Positions 59,078-64,000 of a stretch of DNA of 64,000 nucleotides are shown here, one piece after another. The notes beneath the pieces were generated by a model that was not told the origin of the DNA, did not search any database, and saw nothing but the letters and a program-made list of their open reading frames with translations. The first letter of the stretch is position 1, and every line of letters starts with the position of its first letter. The position numbers and the translations under genes are program-made. The DNA comes from Entomortierella parvispora E1425 (taxonomy: Eukaryota; Fungi; Mortierellomycota): contig BQFW01000003.1 in the NCBI GenBank assembly GCA_020891255.1, positions 620,001 to 684,000 on the forward strand, given 5' to 3'.

Positions 59078-62000
59078 ATGGCAGTCGCAACACAGGACAT
59101 GAATGCCAGCACGACCAGGACCGTGACGAAACGCCCTGGCACCGCTGCTGCTTCTGCCAGCAGGGCCACTGTCAGCGCCAAAGCTAGGACGGCTAGCACT
59201 GCGACCCCTACGACCCTCAGAACCACTCCATCCGCTACTCCTGCGGCGTCAAAGACGGCAGCCAGCAGCACACGATCTGCACCGAGCAAGACACCTGTCT
59301 CCTCAGCAGCCTCAGCCCCAGTCTCAGCAACTACACGAGCATTAGTGGGGGCAAAGGCAACAAGCGGTACCAAGACGCCAGCAGCGAGTACAGGAGTTCA
59401 AAGGTCGAGCTCGTTGAAGGTCGGACCGTCTTCAAAGCCAGCTGCAAGCGCGAATCCTTCCCGTTCATCGACTCCTGCTCCAGCTAGGTCGTCCACTCCT
59501 ACCACAGTTAGGTCTGCAACTCCCAAGTCGTCGACTCCTTTGACAAGTGCGACTAAAAAACCCAACCCAGCATCACCGACGACTGCTGGTGCCAAAACAG
59601 GAACGGGACCAGGAGCGGGACCTGGAGCTGGAACAGGGGCAGGCACGGCAACGGTAACACCATCACGTCGCGTCCCAGCGACCGCGTCTACTCGCACGAC
59701 CACGTCTATTCGGATCACGCCAGGGACCAATGGATCCACGGCTACGAAACCACCCTCTGTCGGTGGACGACCTCCCGTTAAAATGACCCCAACGACAATC
59801 CGCACCGGACCTGGTGCGAGCCCTGTTACACCCACCAGCTCTACGAAACCAGCGGCGGGCTCGCCCCTGACGGCCAAGAAATCGAGCACAGCCTCACCAA
59901 CCTCCACTGTTTCAAGGACAAACAGTACCAAAAAGACCATAACGAGTTCTCCTTCTTCGAGCAGACCGGGAACAAAGTCTGTTACTTCAACATCGACTCC
60001 CCCATCACCCCTGAATGCTCGGAGAGTTTCTTCTTCGAGTTCGATGAGCATAGCGTCCTCGACATCAGGTAGCGCACGCATAGCGTCATCTTCTTCGAAG
60101 ACAACGACTGAGGGAGGGGCTCCAACCCCTGTCAGTCCCACAGAGTTGAAACGAGCCATCGCCAACATCTGTGCCAAGGTAAAAAATAATAATAATAACC
60201 CCCCTCTCCTTGTTGCCCCTTCGCTTGCAATGAAAAAATGAGCCTGTGTTCAAATAATCCAATACCCCCAAAATTGCTTTTCTTATCTAGCTCGAAGAGA
60301 CGACTTCCCGACTCAAGGCCAAGGAAGATGAGCTAGTGTTGGTGCGCCAACAACTGAAGGACGAATCAGCTTGTTTTGCCTCCGCGGCAGCTGAGGAGAC
60401 GGCTTCGAGTGATGGTGGGGAGACGGCGGTCCCGGACCTTGACTTTTCAAAGATTTCAAGTCAGGTAAAGGAAAAAAAAAAGCTAGGACAGGGGAAGGGA
60501 AGAAGGGGTTTGTTGGTTGGTTCGAGGTGTAGAATTGAGGGGAAGCACTGTGGTTTATGTTTGTCAGTGCGACTGAGCGACCAGCCTGGCCCAAAAAAGA
60601 ATGCATGAAATCAAAACTGACATGTGCAATCCTTTTTTTTTTCTCTTTGTTACAGGATAAGGAGACCGTGGTCGCGGCCTTGTCTGCAAAGGAAAAAGAT
60701 GTGGCGAGGATAAAAAATCACATCAGGACACTGAAGGCACGAATTCAGGTATGTCTCCTCCATCAATTCTCGTTTGTACACTTTAACCACGACTCGCTTC
60801 TTGAGAGGTTCTCACCTATTGCACTCCTCTGAATTAAACAGCGTTTGCGTCTTGAGCACGAGAGGAAGACTCGGGAACTGGACCAAGAACACGCCAGGAA
60901 GACTTCTGAGAAGGATACAGAACTTACTCGACTGCATCAGGATTTGTCAGCTTTAATTCAACAATATCAGGAAAAGCAGATTTTTCGCCAAAAGTTTGAT
61001 GACGCCCGCGCTCTGCACGCTCGCTCGCTCCAGGAGTTGCGACGTATCCATGAAGACAAGTTAGAGAGTCTTGGACAGGAACTGGAGGTTGTCAAAAGCC
61101 AAATCCGGACACCTGCCACCAGCCGCAAGAGTACCAGTGGCAGCAACAGCAGCAAAGGCAAGAAGCAAGACACGGAGGCACAGGCGGCAGCACAGCATGA
61201 AAAAGACTTGGTGGCCTTGAAGAAAGATCAGTCTCAAGAAAAGAAGAGGTTGAAATCGGAACATGAAAAGGAACTCTCGAGAGTTCGTGCCGATCTTGAC
61301 AAGGACCTGGAGCGGGCCGTGACTGAACATCAGGTAGGAGTCTGAGGCATGGTTTTTGGGCATTTATCACAAAACATACTACCGGGTTGACTTGATCTCT
61401 TTTTGTCATCTAATACTTAACTTAACTTTTCATCCTTTTTCCTAGACTGAAGTGAAGGAACGACTCAACTACGAGCTGAGCCAGATCAGGGCCTCCCACT
61501 CTGCACTGGTCCAAGAGCGACATGGCGAGGCTGCGACTCAAAACATGACACTTGTCCTCCGGGAACGCCATCAACGGTCATTGCAGGATATGCGTTCGCG
61601 GCTTGAGCGCGAGAACAAGCAGTACCTTGACACTGTGCAGACCAAGCAACAAAATGAGATTGCAACTATGACAACCAGACATCAAGAGCTCGTGCACTCG
61701 CTCGAGACCCGGATCCAGAAAACTCTTGAACAACACACATCTGATAAAATCCAGATCACGACCTCGGGCGAAGAAAGGGCGAGTAAGGCCACGAAAGACC
61801 ACTTTGCTGAAAAGGTCATCCGACGAGCCAAACAGATGGAGGAACTCTCGGCCATCGAAACCTCCACCAAAGAGTCGATGCTAAAGGAGCTGGATGAAGT
61901 CAAGGCTCGTTTTTCGAGATTTGTGGGCAAAAATCAGGACAAGCAGGATAAAAAGATCAAGGAAATGGAGACCAGCTATGAAGAACGGATTGCGGAGTTG

Positions 62001-63315
62001 ATCGTGGAGCATGAGAATCGGGTCCGGGAGTTGGAGGATCTTGCGAATGAGCAAGTGCAGGATGCTTTGGATCGGGTCGAGGGAGAATTCGAAAGGAATC
62101 AACAAATAATGTTGAAGAGTCAAGAAGAAGAGAAGAAGAGGTTGCAAGTAGAACACGAGTTGATTCTAGGAGCGCTGGAAGACAAGTTGACAGAGGCAGA
62201 AAACACCCTAAAGGCCACGATGGAGAATACCAGAAAGTCTAGAAAGGTGATTGCGGAGCAAATGGAGGAGCTGAAGAAAGAGACTGAGCAACAGTTGATC
62301 TCTGTGAGAACGTCCATGACAACCTTGATTGTCGAACACGAAACTCGTGACAAGACCGAATCAAAGGTAAAGACCTTGCTTTGTTTTGATACAGGAGACG
62401 TGCAGCGTCAGATGGCGACATTTAATCTAATGTTGCTTTTTTTCTTCTTTATTATCTTCTCAGGAGCAAGAGACGAGCCGTGTAGAGGCAGTTGATAGAC
62501 AAAAGCTAGTCTATCAAAGAGCCCACGCAGCTGCATTGATCAAAGCAGAGGAAGACGCGCGGGTGCGCCGAGAGAAACTGGCCCAGGAGATCCAGGCTCT
62601 CAAGAATTCAGTCAAGACGGCCCATTCTGAACGTGACAAGGCTCGTGCGGTCATCAAGGCCAAAGAAGCACGTTGGCATGAGGTAATCATCTGAATCCAT
62701 AGTCTGTTACTGTTCTCACCATTTGTGTCGCCCTTGCTAAATAGTCGATCCTCTTTCCTCCTGTTCATCTGGTAGGGTCACTCTGCGGCCTGCAAGGGTA
62801 TGGATGAAAATCACGAGTCTATTCTCAAGGATGTCCAGCAAACTGCCCAGCGTCGATTGTCAGAGATGACCCGAGAACACAGCCGAATGGCCGAGTTGTA
62901 TGCAGACAAGATCTCGAGCGTGATGGGCGCTCACCAGATGGAACTTCAATCTGTCCATACGAAATTGTCCGCGCAATTGAAATCAAAAGAACAATTTAAT
63001 CAACAAGAGATTCGGACCCTGGAGAGTCGATTGGCGGCCGCCATCGCTCGAGCATCCTCGTCCCCTCCCTTCGTTTCAGTGAACAAGGACTCCAACAGCA
63101 GCAACAGGGAGCAGCTTGAGAAGCTGACTACCAGTTTAAATAGATTGCAGGTAAGTTGGCCTCTAGTCCAAGATGTACTTTGTCCAGCGTTCTCAAAGTT
63201 TCAAAGATAACTGACCAGCATTCCGCCAAACTTGTAGAAACAAAACCAAACTCTCAAGAACGAGAACGAGCAGATCGTCATCATGATGAACAAGCTTCAA
63301 GAGGCTCGTGCTTAG
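59078..63315 (+). CDS. Long coiled-coil protein (~1150 aa) with a basic S/T/P/A-rich disordered N-terminus; 8 exons
   Basis: Exons 59078-60178, 60291-60464, 60656-60748, 60842-61333, 61446-62366, 62464-62682, 62776-63150 and 63238-63315, all GT-AG bounded and in one continuous frame. E/K/Q/L heptad-rich from exon 2 onward. Confidence 0.85.
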
Positions 63316-63439
63316 AGCATCGAAATGAATAAAAAACTGATCATTTCCTGTTACCAAATTTTATTACAAAGCTCCATGCCATTTGCATGCATGCTCAAGG
63401 CAATTGTGTTCTGAAAAGAGGCCAAATGTTGAAAAGCGG

Positions 63440-64000
63440 TTAGGCCGACGTATCCATATCGGTCTCCTGGGCAGTTTTAAAAGGGATAGAAAGAGATGAT
63501 GTTAGTGCAACGATTCTCTTTTTTTTTTTTTTTTTTTTTTTTTGTTCAAATGATCTGCTATCAAGAGGACAATTTGTCCTCGTGCACATACCTGAATATA
63601 TGCCAAAGCAGTTGGCGCGTCCTCAACCTTCAACCGATATCTTCCATTGCTGAAGTGTGCTGCGTCTGTAAAGATCCTGGTCATGATTTCCCGGACTTCG
63701 GCCTAGAGATGAAGAAAAAAAAAAAAAAAAGGGGGGGGGAATGAGTTTTCTCCTTGTCAAGTAGACATACGGCCAGAGAGCATACGAGGCCTCCTTATCA
63801 AAGGTCTCTTCGGGCTTCTTACATTTTGCTTCCTCGAGATCCTGTCAACAGGGCGGTTTGCGTAAATTGTCTCTAACCAACGTCCAAGATGAAGGAATCC
63901 GTTTCCAATCGCTCCTGCCTTTCCAGATGACGCCACCAATCTGAATGACTCTGATAGGAACAAAATGACTTGTTCGTAAACCGAGCTGTCAATCTCGGCC
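63440..64000 (-). CDS. 3' end of an unidentified multi-exon gene running off the right edge
   Basis: Frame AEIDSSVYEQVILFLSESFRLV...SRKQN | AEVREIMTRIFTDAAHFSNGRYRLKVEDAPTALAYIQ | ETDMDTSA*, with GT-AG introns containing homopolymer tracts. Confidence 0.6.

Noticed and set aside
59398-60177. 259-aa antisense ORF
   Set aside because: Shadow of the S/T/P/A-rich exon 1 of the coiled-coil gene.
1-64000. A functional gene cluster (branched-chain/Gly metabolism, vacuolar trafficking or metal homeostasis)
   Set aside because: The genes are unrelated housekeeping functions interleaved without shared motifs. There is no backbone biosynthetic enzyme, transposase, integrase or compositional break suggesting an island.

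Overview
Gene-dense fungal nuclear DNA with short GT-AG introns (mostly 55-130 bp), many polyQ/polyS tracts and homopolymers. Gene content and style suggest an early-diverging fungus, most likely Mortierellaceae (inference, not verified). About 20 protein-coding genes were reconstructed by hand from splice sites: partial threonine aldolase, C2H2 TF, FEX fluoride exporter, RhoGAP-like protein, PHO85, VPS24, RAD1/XPF, a conserved unknown protein, VID27, a DUF3020-type protein, a DUF3712/Tag1-like protein, an unknown secreted protein, Zap1/ZafA-like TF, ILV3, DNMT2, SSB-type Hsp70, an orphan S/T-rich ORF, GPI13/PIG-O, a FAM214/ATOS-like protein, an M28 peptidase, a long coiled-coil protein and a partial gene at the right edge. 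I found no tRNA, rRNA, CRISPR array, transposon or evident biosynthetic cluster, and I cannot support a new multi-gene system. The strongest unexplained signals are: (1) a perfect 19 x 19-bp minisatellite filling one intron of XPF; (2) an Atg13-like HORMA module at the N-terminus of the FAM214/ATOS-like protein; (3) a Zap1-like factor with nine Cys-Cys doublets and an (HQ)n tract, with tandem ZRE-like half-sites just upstream; (4) an intact DNMT2 head-to-head with SSB; (5) a coiled-coil gene whose seven introns are all phase 0; (6) two unrecognised proteins.
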